A stretch of 64,000 nucleotides of DNA from Macrostomum lignano (Eukaryota): positions 124,001 to 188,000 of the forward strand of contig NIVC01002145.1 of NCBI GenBank assembly GCA_002269645.1, given 5' to 3'. The position numbers and the translations under genes are program-made. The notes beneath the pieces are model-generated. The model was not told the DNA's origin and did not search any database. It saw nothing but the letters and a program-made list of their open reading frames with translations. Positions 11,296 to 23,973 of this stretch are shown here, in pieces; positions within the stretch are counted from its first letter, which is position 1, and every line of letters starts with the position of its first letter.

Positions 11296-14200
11296 GAAAC
11301 AGGAGGGATCGGCCCTCTTTTACTCTCTAGCTTCTCTCTACCCTCTTGGGGCTCGCGGGGTTAACGCAAACCAGTGGCTAACGCGGTTAAAACCCTGCAC
11401 TGAAGCCGCTTGTGCGTGTGAGTCTGAAAGCGGTTCAAAAGCAAATTGTTAGCCGCAGTGCGAGTAAGAAAAGGCGGTATATTGTTAATTTTGGTTATTT
11501 ATTAAAACGCTAACAGATTGCAAACTTAGAACTTCAAGCATTTTCTTTTAGTATGTTTAGTTTGCTTAAGAAAATACAGTGCGCCATGGGCTATTCTAAA
11601 CTCTTAAATTAACTATTTTTCTAAACAACAAATGAGAAACAAAATCGAGGACAAAGCAAGGACTTGGCATCAGTTGTAATAACTTAAATCATAGTTTTAC
11701 AATATGTGACAAATTCCTAGCCTCTTCCACAGCCATGTGTAATCTCTCTATTTATTGGAAAGGTAAATTATGCAAACAGACCCCATAACGGTCTGTCTCC
11801 TAAAATGAACATATTTCATCGAAATTATTGATACCGTTGCCCAAAGACAGAGAAATATTGTCACCCAAAGGTACTTCAGTTGTATTTATACATGTGTGTA
11901 ATAAATTGCCTTTTTTGAAAATAAAAACAATACAAATCAAGCGAATGACTTATTAGTATGGCGAAATTCACTAACATAATAAATTTAGACTTAGAGAATA
12001 AAATATAGGATTTGTTTTACTAGTGCTGTTTGTAATAACCATTTCTAAATTTCAACAGTAAATTCCAGGTTCATAAAAACTAAGCTTTTTATAGCTATAG
12101 TTAGTATAATACATATATTTATTGTTATTGTATTTTTTCGGCCACCAAAATGTTAAATATAGCAAAAAAGAAATCCTATATTCCCCCTATTCACATTAAT
12201 GCAAGGCAATTTAAAATTCATTACCTGCAGGCTGCAGATTTTATTAGTAATACTAATAGCGATCCTCTTCTCTAGACTAGAGTTTAGTATAAAAAATCAA
12301 AAGCTCTATTGATCTGATTGATTAATAAAAAATATTAAACGATTTAATATTTTAAAATCAACTGCAATCTTATCAATAATTTTACTTTGGCTGAGACAAA
12401 ATCTTTTATATGCATACGATTTTCGAAAGCACAGGCAGACGAAGGTTGAAATGCTCACCATAAAAAGAATGGAATCCTTCGTGTTAAAATGTTGCCATAA
12501 AATCTTATGCATATAAACATAACGTCGAAATGCGTTTGCTCATGTTTAAGCTTTAAAATATAAAAAACTTTGGTACGTGATAAGTTCTATATTCCTTACT
12601 TATATTTGTAAAAAATTTGTAATATGTGATGTTTAAATATTGTTTCTTAGAAATAAAATTATCGTCGCGGAAATTTGACAGCTAGACTTTACTTGTCAGA
12701 TTTTTAATCATGAATTTAAGAACAAAGTAAACCGACTAAAGTCCGAAGCGAAAAGAATATTCAGAAGGCTCTCCGACCTCATTTATCAACCGTTAGCAGT
12801 TTAATGATTTGCCTAATTAGCTCGTTCCTTTTTTGAACAGAACATCGTGGAGTCGCGGCACACGGGCACACTGAAATCATGGTCCCCGCCCTCCCCAATC
12901 GAACTGTCGCGAATTCCAACATAACGACGAGACGTTTTTCAGTGGCTGATCTCAGTGGAGTGCAGGCTTTAGAAGTAAAATGCAACAAACTCATTACAGG
13001 ATGAAAATCAGCATGCATGCAAGCTTTAAAATTGGTTCTTGCATGTTAAGTCAAAGACTCTATGAAGAGGCTTTACTTTGTCGAGAACAAGATGTTTCGG
13101 CGAAGATTTTTCGGCAGAGCAGAAGAATGTTTTGGCGACAGCACTGGCTGGTAAGTTTGTGTGCCTATTACATGAGCGAATCTTATATGCTTGCTTGTCC
13201 AAGATGGCGGCTGGCATGCGTGGGCTAGAGTTTGGGATCTAGCAGGTCGGGATTTGCATTTGTGTGTAATTTTTTGTTACATATTACATTTATTATTTAA
13301 TGTTGCCATTGTATAGAATGTTGCCAAGTTGCCAACATGAGTTTGTAGGTTGCATAAGCATTAATCAGATGTGGTGTTTTTTGCTGACTGCAAAGCAAAC
13401 ACATATCACCACTATTTAGGATGGCAACATTTTATGATAAATGTTTTATTAAATTACACAAAATTTTTGAAATCCTAACCTATTAGATCCTAGCATATAA
13501 ATCATATATAATCTCTAGACCATGTATGACTAAAAGCTATTTTAGACAATATAAGCATAATATTTACTCATGCAATAGCACATGAACTTATCAGCCAATG
13601 GTATTGTATTGCCCAAACCTTTTCACTAAAATATATTGCTATCACCAAAACCTCTTTTCCTAAAGTCACCTTTGCCAAAACCTTTAGATTTTTCTTTGTT
13701 ATATAGAAATATAAATGGTGAACTACAAATAATTGTTTTTTGATAGCTATAATTGTATAGATTTAATAGAAGCTGGCCAATTGATTATGAAAAGCTGAAT
13801 ATATATTTATTAAAAGCAAAAATTCAATGGTATTTTAGAAGTATTAATTATATTAGGATAATGGCATTTATATTTAGTTATACCTAGAATATAATATTTA
13901 GAATCAGACTAAATTATCTTGTATAACAATCAAAACTTCATAGTTTTTTATTATAATAATATAGCATAATATAATATAGTCATAAGTACATTTAATTGAT
14001 AAGTATTATTAATGCAATTAAACAATTTGGCAATGCAAGATTGATAGGCAATTGCTAGTTTGATACAATATATTTTTGGGGTTTAAACATTAAAGTATTA
14101 TAAATTATTAAATTCTAAAAATGATGCAGTTTTGCATTAGAAGAATATTTATGCAATATGCATATTTTATTATATTTTAGCTATTATTCTAATTAATGAG

Positions 14201-14492
14201 TTTATTTAATCTGTGTATTTCTATTTTTTACATTATTTCAAGTCTGCTTTTTATAGTTTTTAGGCTTTCTGTGTATTCGTAATCATTAACTTTGTATCTT
14301 ATAAATATTAATACTGAAATATTTGTGTGTGTTAGAGATGTCTATATTGCATTCGCTTTTAATGCTCCAGAAATTATTCAGTGGGTAAACGGCAAGAGTA
14401 ACTATGACTCTATCCGAAGGCTATAATGCTTCGCCATCTAATCAGTAAGGATTAAACATACTATAACTGCCCATATAAATTCCAGGCAGTGC

Positions 14493-17400
14493 ATGACTGG
14501 TAAGCAGCACCTCAGGGGTGGCCGTCTGGCCTCGCCCCCGGCGCTGCCGGCCCAGCCTAACCGGCCGTCCACTAAAACTCCGCCGCCGCCTCGGGCCGCC
14601 TCCTGTCCATTGCACAGTAAAGCCTCTGACGCGTTTATAGATTTTAAATGCATTGAACCAGATGGCAGCGGCGACTCGGCGATGGCGGCTGCCGTAGCCG
14701 CCGCGGCCGCCGCTGTAGCCGTTGACAAGGCGAAGCGAAACTATAGCCCGGTGAATCATATTCCGCCAGGTGGCGCCAGCGGCAGCATCGGAGGCGGCGC
14801 CAACGGCAGCGGCGGCAACGTTGGCAATGCTGGGCACCACAGCCTGCTGGCTCCGATAACCGTACGCGCGGCGCATCACCTCATGCAGGCCGCCCAGCAG
14901 GCTAAACGTCGTCGTAACAAGCATTCAGGCGCCGGGTTGGTTTCCTCGGCTGCGCCGTCTGCAACTGGATCGGCGTCCGGCGTTGCTAATAGCGACCGGC
15001 CTACTCCGGGCGCGAAGCAGCGCAGCCAGTCGCAGGGCCGGGCCAGGGACAATATCTACCAGCCTACTGGAGTCAATCGGACCAGCCCGTCTTCGCCAGT
15101 ACCGTTTGAACGGTCTCAGTCAGATGAGCCGCCGCAATTGCAATTGGCAGGTAATGAGCAATCGCCAGATGTTGGGCCAGTTTCTGCAACAACGGCAACA
15201 GCAGCAGAAGCAACGGCATTGGCTGCGGCGGCGCCTTGTCTCGGGGCTGCCGCCGCTTCGCCGCCCAGTTCCGGCTCGAAGTCTGGCGTTAAAGGCATGT
15301 TTCATCGGCTGTTCCATCGGGGCGGTAAGCCGCCAACTGGTCAGGTTACCTTGGCAACTGTTGCTAAGGAGACTGAATGCAGTAATGGATCGCCCAGTCG
15401 GGATAATCAGCAGCCGCCGCCGCCACCGCAGCAGCAGCGGCAGCCTCCTCCGTTGACTCCTCGACGCAGGCCCGGCTGTCGAGATCTGTCGCTGGACGCT
15501 GGCTCCAGGCGCGTCGCTCAACGGCAGCCCGTTCGTCAAGCATCGTCAACCGCTGCTGCAACAGATTCGCCATCTATCGTCGCCGCCGCCACCGCCGCCG
15601 CCACCGCCGCCGCTACGGCAGCGTCGTCGTCCAATTCAATGTCGTCATCGTCGGCTTTCCGCTCCAGGGGTGTCAGCCCGGTGCACCTTCGCGCTGTCAG
15701 CAACGACGGCAGGGTGCATCCGCCGCCGCAGGCTCCGGTTCCGCAGCCGCCGCAGGCTATCGCGACCGAAGCAGCCGCTGTCGTCCCAGAAGCAGCTACA
15801 GCCGCCGCCGCCGAGGCTGTTCCTCCGACTTTGCCGCCGAGAACGGCAAAAAATGCTCAGAGCAAATTGGCCGTTAATTTCTTGGAAAATCTCAGCCAGT
15901 TGAAGCGGGTAGGGAGTCTTTGATTAGCATTATGAAATTTTTATGCCAAGTGAATTCTACTCAATACTGAATTCTAGCGTTTCGGTAGCGAAAAATCTTT
16001 AATGCGTCCGAAAATTGGCCAGAGGGACTTGTCGTGCCTATAAGGACCATGACCTCCAAGGCTCAGTGTGTGTATTCCGCATGGTCCTTGTTATATTAAT
16101 GTTTCTACACTGTGAAATTTCGGCGTTATGAAAGGGCCTGTCAACTTAAGCTCATAAAGTGGAGCCCGAATCGTTTTTTTTGTCAAACCCAGCTTCCTGG
16201 TGTCGCTGTGAGCAGAGAATGACGTATCGTTTGTGCGCATAGGTTACTCGGGGCCCCACTTTATGAGCTTAATTGACAGGCTCTTTCGGTCTTGTGAAAG
16301 CGGCTCTTATCGGGTGCATCTGTCTATATAGGCCAGGAATCAGTCACTTTTTTCCTCAATGGCCAGATAAAGAATCTGCTGAGAGAGGAACTTAGAGGAG
16401 AGGGGAAGAGAGAAAAAGAGGAAAAAAAGAGATGAGAGATAGAGGAGAGAAGAGTAAAGAGGAGAGAAAAAATGAGAGTAAAGAGGAGAGAAGAGATGAG
16501 AGATATGAGAGAGAAGAGAGTAAAGAGGAGAGAAGAGATGAGAGATAGAGGAGAGAAGAGAGTAAAGAGGAGAGAAGAGATGAGAGATAAGAGAGAGAGA
16601 AGAGAGTAAAGAGGAGAGAAGAGATGAGAGATAGGAGAGAGAGAAGAGAGTAAAGAGGAGAGAAGAGATGAGAGATAGGAGAGAGAGAAGAGAGTAAAGA
16701 GGAGAGAAGAGATGAGAGATAGGAGAGAGAAGAGAGTAAAGAGGAGAGAAGAGATGAGAGATAGGAGAGAGAAGAGAGTAAAGAGGAGAGAAGAGATGAG
16801 AGATAGAAGAGAGAAGAGAGTAAAGAGGAGAGAAGAGATGAGAGCACACAAACCTTGAGGCGTGGTCCGGATTGCCATTGTGAAGTTTGAAAGGACCCGA
16901 AGGCCGGACAGAGAGGCTTAGCATGAGGCACTTTAATTAAATCGCTCGTTCATTATTATACCGGCGAACTTTCGGGCAAAAAATGATGATTTTTTGAGAA
17001 TGTTGCAACGCTATTATATATCCTTCTTTACAGAAGCCGTGGTACTTCGGCCCGCTGAGCAGTTCCGACGCTGAGGAGATGCTAAATAATCGGCCAGACG
17101 GTACATTTCTGGTGCGAGACTCAGCTCACGATGCTTATATTGTTAGCTTGAGCTTCCGGGCGCGCGGGCAGACCTATCACACCAGGATTGAGCATAATAA
17201 AGGTGAGTAGTCTGTCTGTCTGATGTTGCAGGGTGTTTATAGGGGAATCTGGGAGGCGAAAAAATCTGCTGTCTGGGAATTTTTTCCCAAATTTTCCAAA
17301 AGTGCTGAGGCGCTATCTGATGGCGTTCTCAGAGTTCTGTATAGGTCGCTGTCAGGATTCTGTATAGGTCGCTGTCATGGTTCAGCAGAGGGTGCTGTCA

Positions 17401-20400
17401 TGGTTCTGCAGAGTGTGCTGTCATGGTTCTGCAGAGTGTGCTGTCATGGTTCTGCAGAGTGTGCTGTCATGGTTCAGCAGAGTGTGCTGTCATGGTTCAG
17501 CAGAGGGTGCTGTCATGGTTTAGCAGATGGTGCTGTCATGGTTTTGCAGAGGGTGCTGTCATGGTTCTGCAGAGTGTGCTGTCATGGTTCAGCAGAGTGT
17601 GCTGTCATGGTTCTGCAGAGGGTGCTGTCATGGTTCTGCAGAGGGTGCTGTCATGGTTCAGCAGAGGGTGCTGTCATGGTTCAGCAGAGGGTGCTGTCAT
17701 GGTTCAGCAGAGGGTGCTGTCATGGTTCAGCAGAGGGTGCTGTCATGGTTCTGCAGAGGGTGCTGTCATGGTTCTGGAGAGGTCGCTGAGAGGCGAAGTG
17801 AGAAGCGCTGTCACAGTGATCTGTGAGACATAAATCATCAAAGGACTGTTTATAACGAAAATTGGTGCTCGTATATTATTAATCGAGGGGGATTTCCATT
17901 TGGCAAGGAAATCAAGTTCCTCATGTCTCCTGTCAGAGGCGCTTGGCCTCAGTCAACTATACAACGCATTCTGTGCACTAAATTCTGGCTGTAAATTTTA
18001 CTGTATTATATTTACATACTCGTTATGCTGTGCGCGCCTGCCCTCTGTTGCTTTATGGCCAGCCAGCCCCAGTCTGGCTAACAGTAAAAAATCCTAACCT
18101 TTTTTAGATAGGCAGGGGAGTTACTGGAAGAGGGGTTGTAGAATTATTGGCGACGAACATCCTGGCCTTTCTGGCTAGAAAAACGGGCATTTCCGTCCTA
18201 TTGGGACAATAGTTCAAATGTCAGTACTGATAAGATGGCGAATTTGCTCACTGAATTGGGTGATTGATTGATGCCAAGACAACTGAACACAGTGTGTGTG
18301 TGTGTGATTTTTTGTCACTTGTCATGGAAGCATAAAAATAGATTTTCAAAAAAAATGAGCCTCTTAGGAAGTACAAAAGGAACTTTAGAAGGAGCAAGTT
18401 TTTTATTAACGCATCTTGTCGCATGCTTTACGAGTGCTACTATTTTTTCCCAAATGCAGAATGAAGAGGACTGCTATGAGTAGAGGTGGTTTTTTTCCAT
18501 TCTGATTTGGCAACGTGCCAAGTCCGCCCAGATTTGTGAACGGGCTAGCATGCACAGGAGTATGGCTTGGGGAAGGCTCCCCAAACTCCTCTAGTCCCTA
18601 TACTAACCCGGCCGTTTCCCAAAAATCTCTTCCCCAAAGCTCAGTCCCACGGTCGGACATGGCAAAGGGCATAACAGCTTCGCCTGTCAGCTCTTCTATC
18701 CTACTGCTGTACTCTTCTTCCCAGTGTTCCTCACCGCTCTCTTCCCATTTTGAATTTCCTGGCTTTGCTGACTGACTGCGTTCCTGCGACCTTCCACTGT
18801 CCCTACCCGCCCAGAATGGAATGCGCTCTGGATCTGCGGGGAGAGAGGCTGGGGTGGACTGCCGCTTTCCCCATTCACTCCTTCCCTGCCCGCCTCGCAT
18901 TTCTCTTACCCCGGTCAGGTTTTTTGTTGGCAACGTGCCAACTAATAATTTATTCGCCATTTCTGAATGAAGTGCAGTTTCGCGTCGCGCTTTCTTTCGG
19001 GGGGGGGGAGAGCGGGGGAAGTGGAACAGGGCCATCTGAGTTGGCAGCAGCAACCCGCTATGCACTTTGCACACCCGCTGTTCTGTGGGCGCCAGCCGTT
19101 CCGAGTGTTGGTTGGTGGGAGAGTGGCGTTGGGCAAAGTCCCTTGTTGCAGCTGCTAGAACATTTTTTTCTTTGCGGTTGTCGCTGATTGCGATATTTGG
19201 CCTGTTTTTCGTCTTCTGCTTTTTTCCACTACCGGTTTCCAGCGGTTTTGCGTTCCGCCCTGTTCAACCTTTGCCAATACTATATACGAAAAAAAAATTC
19301 TTCGTGATGGCGGTTATTATTTTTTTGACCTTTTTAAAACTAATTTTCAAGTGATAGATTGTTTTCTGACCAATTCGAAGCTCTTAACCATTCGTTGGGC
19401 AGCTCCCCAAAGCTCCTGGGTTCGATTCTGGGAGATGCCAAGGTGTCAAGGGACTGTAGATGGCGCTGTCAGGACCCTATAGGGGGCGCTATCAGGGGGA
19501 CTGTAGATGGCGCTGTCAGCACCCTATAGGGGGCGCTATCAGGGGGACTGTAGATGGCGCTGTCAGCACCCTATAGGGGGCGCTATCAGGGGGACTGTAG
19601 ATGGCGCTGTCAGGACCCTATAGGGGGCGCTATCAGGGGGACTGTAGATGGCGCTGTCAGGACCCTATAGGGGGCGCTATCAGGGGGACTGTAGATGGCG
19701 CTGTCAGGACCCTATAGGGGGCGCTATCAGGGGGACTGTAGATGGCGCTGTCAGGACCCTATAGGGGGCGCTATCAGGGGGACTGTGGATGGCGCTGTCA
19801 GGAACCTGTAGATGGCGCTGTCAGGACCCTGTAGATGGCACTGTCAAGACCCTGTAGATGGCACTGTCAAGACCCTGTAGATGGCACTGTCAGGACCCTG
19901 TAAGGAGCGCTGTCAGGACCCTGTAGGGGGCGCTGTCAGGACCCTGTAGAATGCGCTGTCAGGGGACTGTAGGGGGCGCTGTCAGGGGGACTAGATGACG
20001 CTGTCAGGACCCTGTAGAAGGCGCTGTTAGGGGACTGTAGGGGGCGCTGTCAGGGGACTGTAGGGGGCGCTATCAGGGGACTGTAGGGGGCGCTGTCAGG
20101 GGACTGTAGGGGGCGCTGTCAGGGGACTGTAGATGGCGCTATCAGGGGACTGTAGGGGGCGCTATCAGGGGACTGTAGGGGGCGCTGTCAGGGGACTGTA
20201 GGGGGCGCTGTCAGGGGACTGTAAGGGGCGCTGTCAGGGGGCGCTGTCAGGGGACTGCAGGGGGCGCTGTCAGGGGGCGCTGTCAGGGGACTGCAGGGGG
20301 CGCTGTCAGGGGACTGCAGGGGGCGCTGTCAGGGGACTGCAGGGGGCGCTGTCAGGGGACTGCAGGGGGCGCTGTCAGGGGACTGCAGGGGGCGCTGTCA

Positions 20401-21606
20401 GGGGACTGCAGGGGGCGCTGTCAGGGGACTGCAGGGGGCGCTGTCAGGGGACTGCAGGGGGCGCTGTCAGGGGACTGCAGGGGGCGCTGTCAGGGGACTG
20501 CAGGGGGCGCTGTCAGGGGACTGCAGGGGGCGCTGTCAGGGGACTGCAGGGGACTGCAGGGGGCGCTGTCAGGGGACTGCAGGGGGCGCTGTCAGGGGAC
20601 TGCAGGGGGCGCTGTCAGGGGACTGCAGGGGGCGCTGTCAGGGGACTGCAGGGGGCGCTGTCAGGGGACTGCAGGGGGCGCTGTCAGGGGACTGTAGGGG
20701 GCGCTGTCAGGGGACTGTAGGGGGCGCTGTCAGGGGACTGTAGGGGGCGCTGTCAGAGGATTCCACACGCGGCCATATTGATTTAGAATCGTGCACGGCA
20801 GTTATTAATTATACATTCAGTTTGCTGTTCGTGTGCCTGACGACAGGAAAGTAAGCGCCGTTGTATCATGAGATCAGTAGATGAGGCATAACAAATTAGC
20901 TGCTTTTGATTCACTCTAAGCATCCCCCTAACTGCTATTCGCAGGCAAGTTCAGCTTCTGGACCCAGCCGGAGAATCATTCAGCCAGCACTATTGTAGAA
21001 TTCATTGAGAGCGCCGTGGAATATTCTAAGACTGAAAATTTTCATTATTTCGTATCGTCAAGCACGCCAGGCACTCAGCCTATCCGAGTGTCCATGCTGT
21101 ACCCGCTGTCGCGCTTCTCTGTCATGGCTTCCCTGCAGCACCTGTGTCGGTTTGAGATCCTGGCCAGGACTAGGCGGGACCACATTGACAGCCTGCCGCT
21201 GCCCAAATCTATGCGAGATTATCTGCAGGTTAAACAGTACTTTATTGAGGCTAAAGAGGACTTTCTGTTTGACGGGCCTCAACAGCTAGAACACCAGGCG
21301 CAGCAGCAGCAGCAGCAGCAACAACAACAACAACAACAACAACAACAAGATCTATTAATAGATATAGAACAACCATTAATCCAGCTTGATATAGAACCGC
21401 CACTACCGCAGCAACAACAGCAGCAGCTGCAGCCTCCACAGCTTCATCTTCTTGACCTGCAACAACAACAACAACAACAACAAGCAGAACAGGCGGCAGA
21501 TGACGAAGAGCGACCTTTAATATTGTTAGAGACTCCGGCCGACTCAGTTGAGAACCCGCTGCTTGTACAGCTTGCTAATCAGCATGAAGAGCCGGGTAGC
21601 AACTAA
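14493..21606 (+). CDS. SOCS7: SOCS7-like (SOCS6/7 family) SH2 + SOCS-box protein, 3 exons; long low-complexity N-terminus and polyQ C-tail
   Basis: Exons 14493(or ATG 14682)-15908, 17034-17202, 20945-21606, phase-consistent. SH2: LKR|KPWYFGPL...RPDGTFLVRDS...SLSFRARGQTYHTRIEHNK|GKFSFW. SOCS box: SLQHLCRFEILARTRRDHIDSLPLPKSMRDYL. Start codon uncertain. Confidence 0.88.
16130..16287. other. About 40-bp inverted repeat pair (MITE-like or hairpin) in SOCS7 intron 1
   Basis: GAAAGGGCCTGTCAACTTAAGCTCATAAAGTGGAGCCCGA (16130-16169) vs the reverse complement of 16248-16287; no clear TSD. Confidence 0.7.
16395..16845. repeat. GA-rich ~39-41 bp minisatellite in SOCS7 intron 1
   Basis: Tandem AGAGAAGAGAGTAAAGAGGAGAGAAGAGATGAGAGATAGG units. 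Confidence 0.9.
17330..17790. repeat. 23-bp minisatellite in SOCS7 intron 2 (GCTGTCATGGTTCAGCAGAGGGT)
   Basis: About 19 tandem units. Confidence 0.92.
19445..20757. repeat. 23-bp / 47-bp higher-order GC-rich minisatellite in SOCS7 intron 2 (GGGGACTGYAGRKGGCGCTGTCA)
   Basis: About 7 dimeric 47-bp units followed by 23-bp monomers; about 55 units in total. Confidence 0.93.
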
Positions 21607-22502
21607 ATTACCACAGTATTTTTTATATACCAATACAGTACGACACTGTCAAGGCACATGCGGTTGGCCTAAACATACTGGAAAATATATGGCTGCAAAT
21701 TTCATCGTGTCGGAGTTTGGCACTATTATTTGGTGCAACAAAAAAGCGATTATTTGCTACTAAAATTAGTCTATATATTTATTATATATTCACTGTTTTT
21801 TGGCTCTGTCCCCTATTCTATGCTTCACACCGTGTTTGTCATCAACTATTATTATTTAATAAATTTCTTACCCTAAAACTCTACAAAACAGCTTATCACC
21901 AATATTTTTGTCCAATTTTCATCCTATAACATCTAAGGCTACACTTACTACTGAATAGTGACCACGCTTATGAGTAGGCAGGTGTGCGCATTTGATTTCA
22001 ACATGTTTCCTTCTAAATGCAGCTGTCTCTGCCTCTTCAGTCTTGTTCATATTATTTAATATATAAAGAAAGCACCGTCTTAATTGTTTGTAGCTTATTA
22101 CTACTGAGTTCTGCGTATTCGCGCTAAAATTAATGTTGTTTATTAAATTCAGCCAGCCGGCATTTCATTATCTATCTCTCTCAATGATGTAATGCACAGA
22201 GTTGAATGTGCTGGATAAACATTTAAGAACAAAAATACCCTGCTATTTCTACTGTCAGTAGGACGCCGATTACTAATATTAACTATTATTAATACTTCGG
22301 GCTATTTAATGCTGTTGTTGCTTTCCTGACATTAACCAATGTGCTTGTCTGCTTCTCTGTTCTGCCCTGTTCTGTTCTGTGTTCATTGTAATTGATCAGT
22401 TTTCTACCTTATTTGTGTAATGAGCAGCTGCGCCAGTGTATGCATGTTGTTTATATATTTTGCACATTGCCGCCATCTATTCACCAGCATTGTTTGGCCT
22501 AT

Positions 22503-23475
22503 ATTCCCAATCTTAAAGTCCCAATCTATGAATCCCAATCTATGAATCCCCATCTATAAATCCCAATCTATAAATCCCAATCTTAAAGTCCCAATTTATA
22601 AATCCCAATCTTAAAGTCCCAATCTATAAATCCCAATCTTAAAGTCCCAATCTATAAATCCCAATCTATGAATCCCAATCTATAAATCCCAATCTATGAA
22701 TCCCAATCTATAAATCCCAATCTTAAAGTCCTAATCTATAATCCCAATCTTGAAGTCCCAATCTATAATCCCTATCTTAAAGTCCCAATCTATAAATCCC
22801 AATCTTAAAGTCCCAATCTATAAATCCCAATCTTAAAGTCCCAATCTATAAATCCCAATCTTAAAGTCCCAATCTATAATCCCAATCTTAAAGTCCCAAT
22901 CTATAAATCCCTATCTTAAAGTCCCAATCTATAAATCCCAATCTTAAAGTCCCAATCTATAAATCCCAATCTATGAATCCCAATCCATGAATCCCCAATT
23001 TATAAATCCCTATCTATGAATCCCAATCTATAAATCCCAATCTTAAAGTCCTAATCTATAATCACAATCTTAAAGTCCCAATCTATAATCACAATCTTAA
23101 AGTCCCAATCTATAAATCCCAATCTTAAAGTCCCAATCTATAAATCCCAATCTTAAAGTCCCAATCTATAAATCCCAATCTTAAAGTCCCAATCTATAAT
23201 CCCAATCTTAAAGTCCCAATCTATAAATCCCTATCTTAAAGTCCCAATCTATAAATCCCTATCTTAAAGTCCCAATCTATAAATCCCAATCTTAAAGTCC
23301 CAATCTATAAATCCCAATCTTAAAGTCCCAATCTATAATCCCAATCTTAAAGTCCCAATCTATAAATCCCTATCTTAAAGTCCCAATCTATAAATCCCTA
23401 TCTTAAAGTCCCAATCTATAAATCCCAATCTTAAAGTCCCAATCTATAAATCCCAATCTTAAAGTCCCAATCTCC
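22503..23475. repeat. 28-bp (2x14) minisatellite AAAGTCCCAATCTATAAATCCCAATCTT between SOCS7 and CDK5RAP1
   Basis: About 35 tandem units. Confidence 0.93.
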
Positions 23476-23973
23476 AAACCTAAATCTGCAAACCCCAGTC
23501 TATAAATCTGAGTTTTCCTGTCCCAATTCTCAACCGTCGCATTTCAGTCCATTAAATCATCAATATTGTATCCCAGCGCCCTAATAGGTCTCGATGCAAG
23601 GCAGGATCTGCAGACAAGGGCACATAGCAAGTGTCAAAAAGCCAAGCCACAATTTCACTTGCCCTGGAAGCGCTGCATGCTGCCCTGGACTGTTTGATCC
23701 GTTCGTTGCGCGTGGCCAGTTCCACGCGCAGATCAATTGTCGAAACGCCCATGTGACTCTTGTTGTGTCCTGTTTTGCCGACGTATATATTTCTCTGAAA
23801 ACAATAAATATACTTGGCCATTCAGCTGTGTCATGCTGATTTTTATGTCTTAAATGTGTATTTAATTACTAAAATACTCATATACATTTCACTGTTTCTG
23901 TGCTAATCATTTAGCATTAAATGCGTCGCATTGAAAAAGCATTAAAACTCGCAAGTGTCTTACTAATAAGTAG

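Noticed and set aside
11296-11700. RFX X-box expected upstream of the ciliary gene LCA5
   Set aside because: No convincing GTNRCC-N(0-3)-RGYAAC match found by eye.
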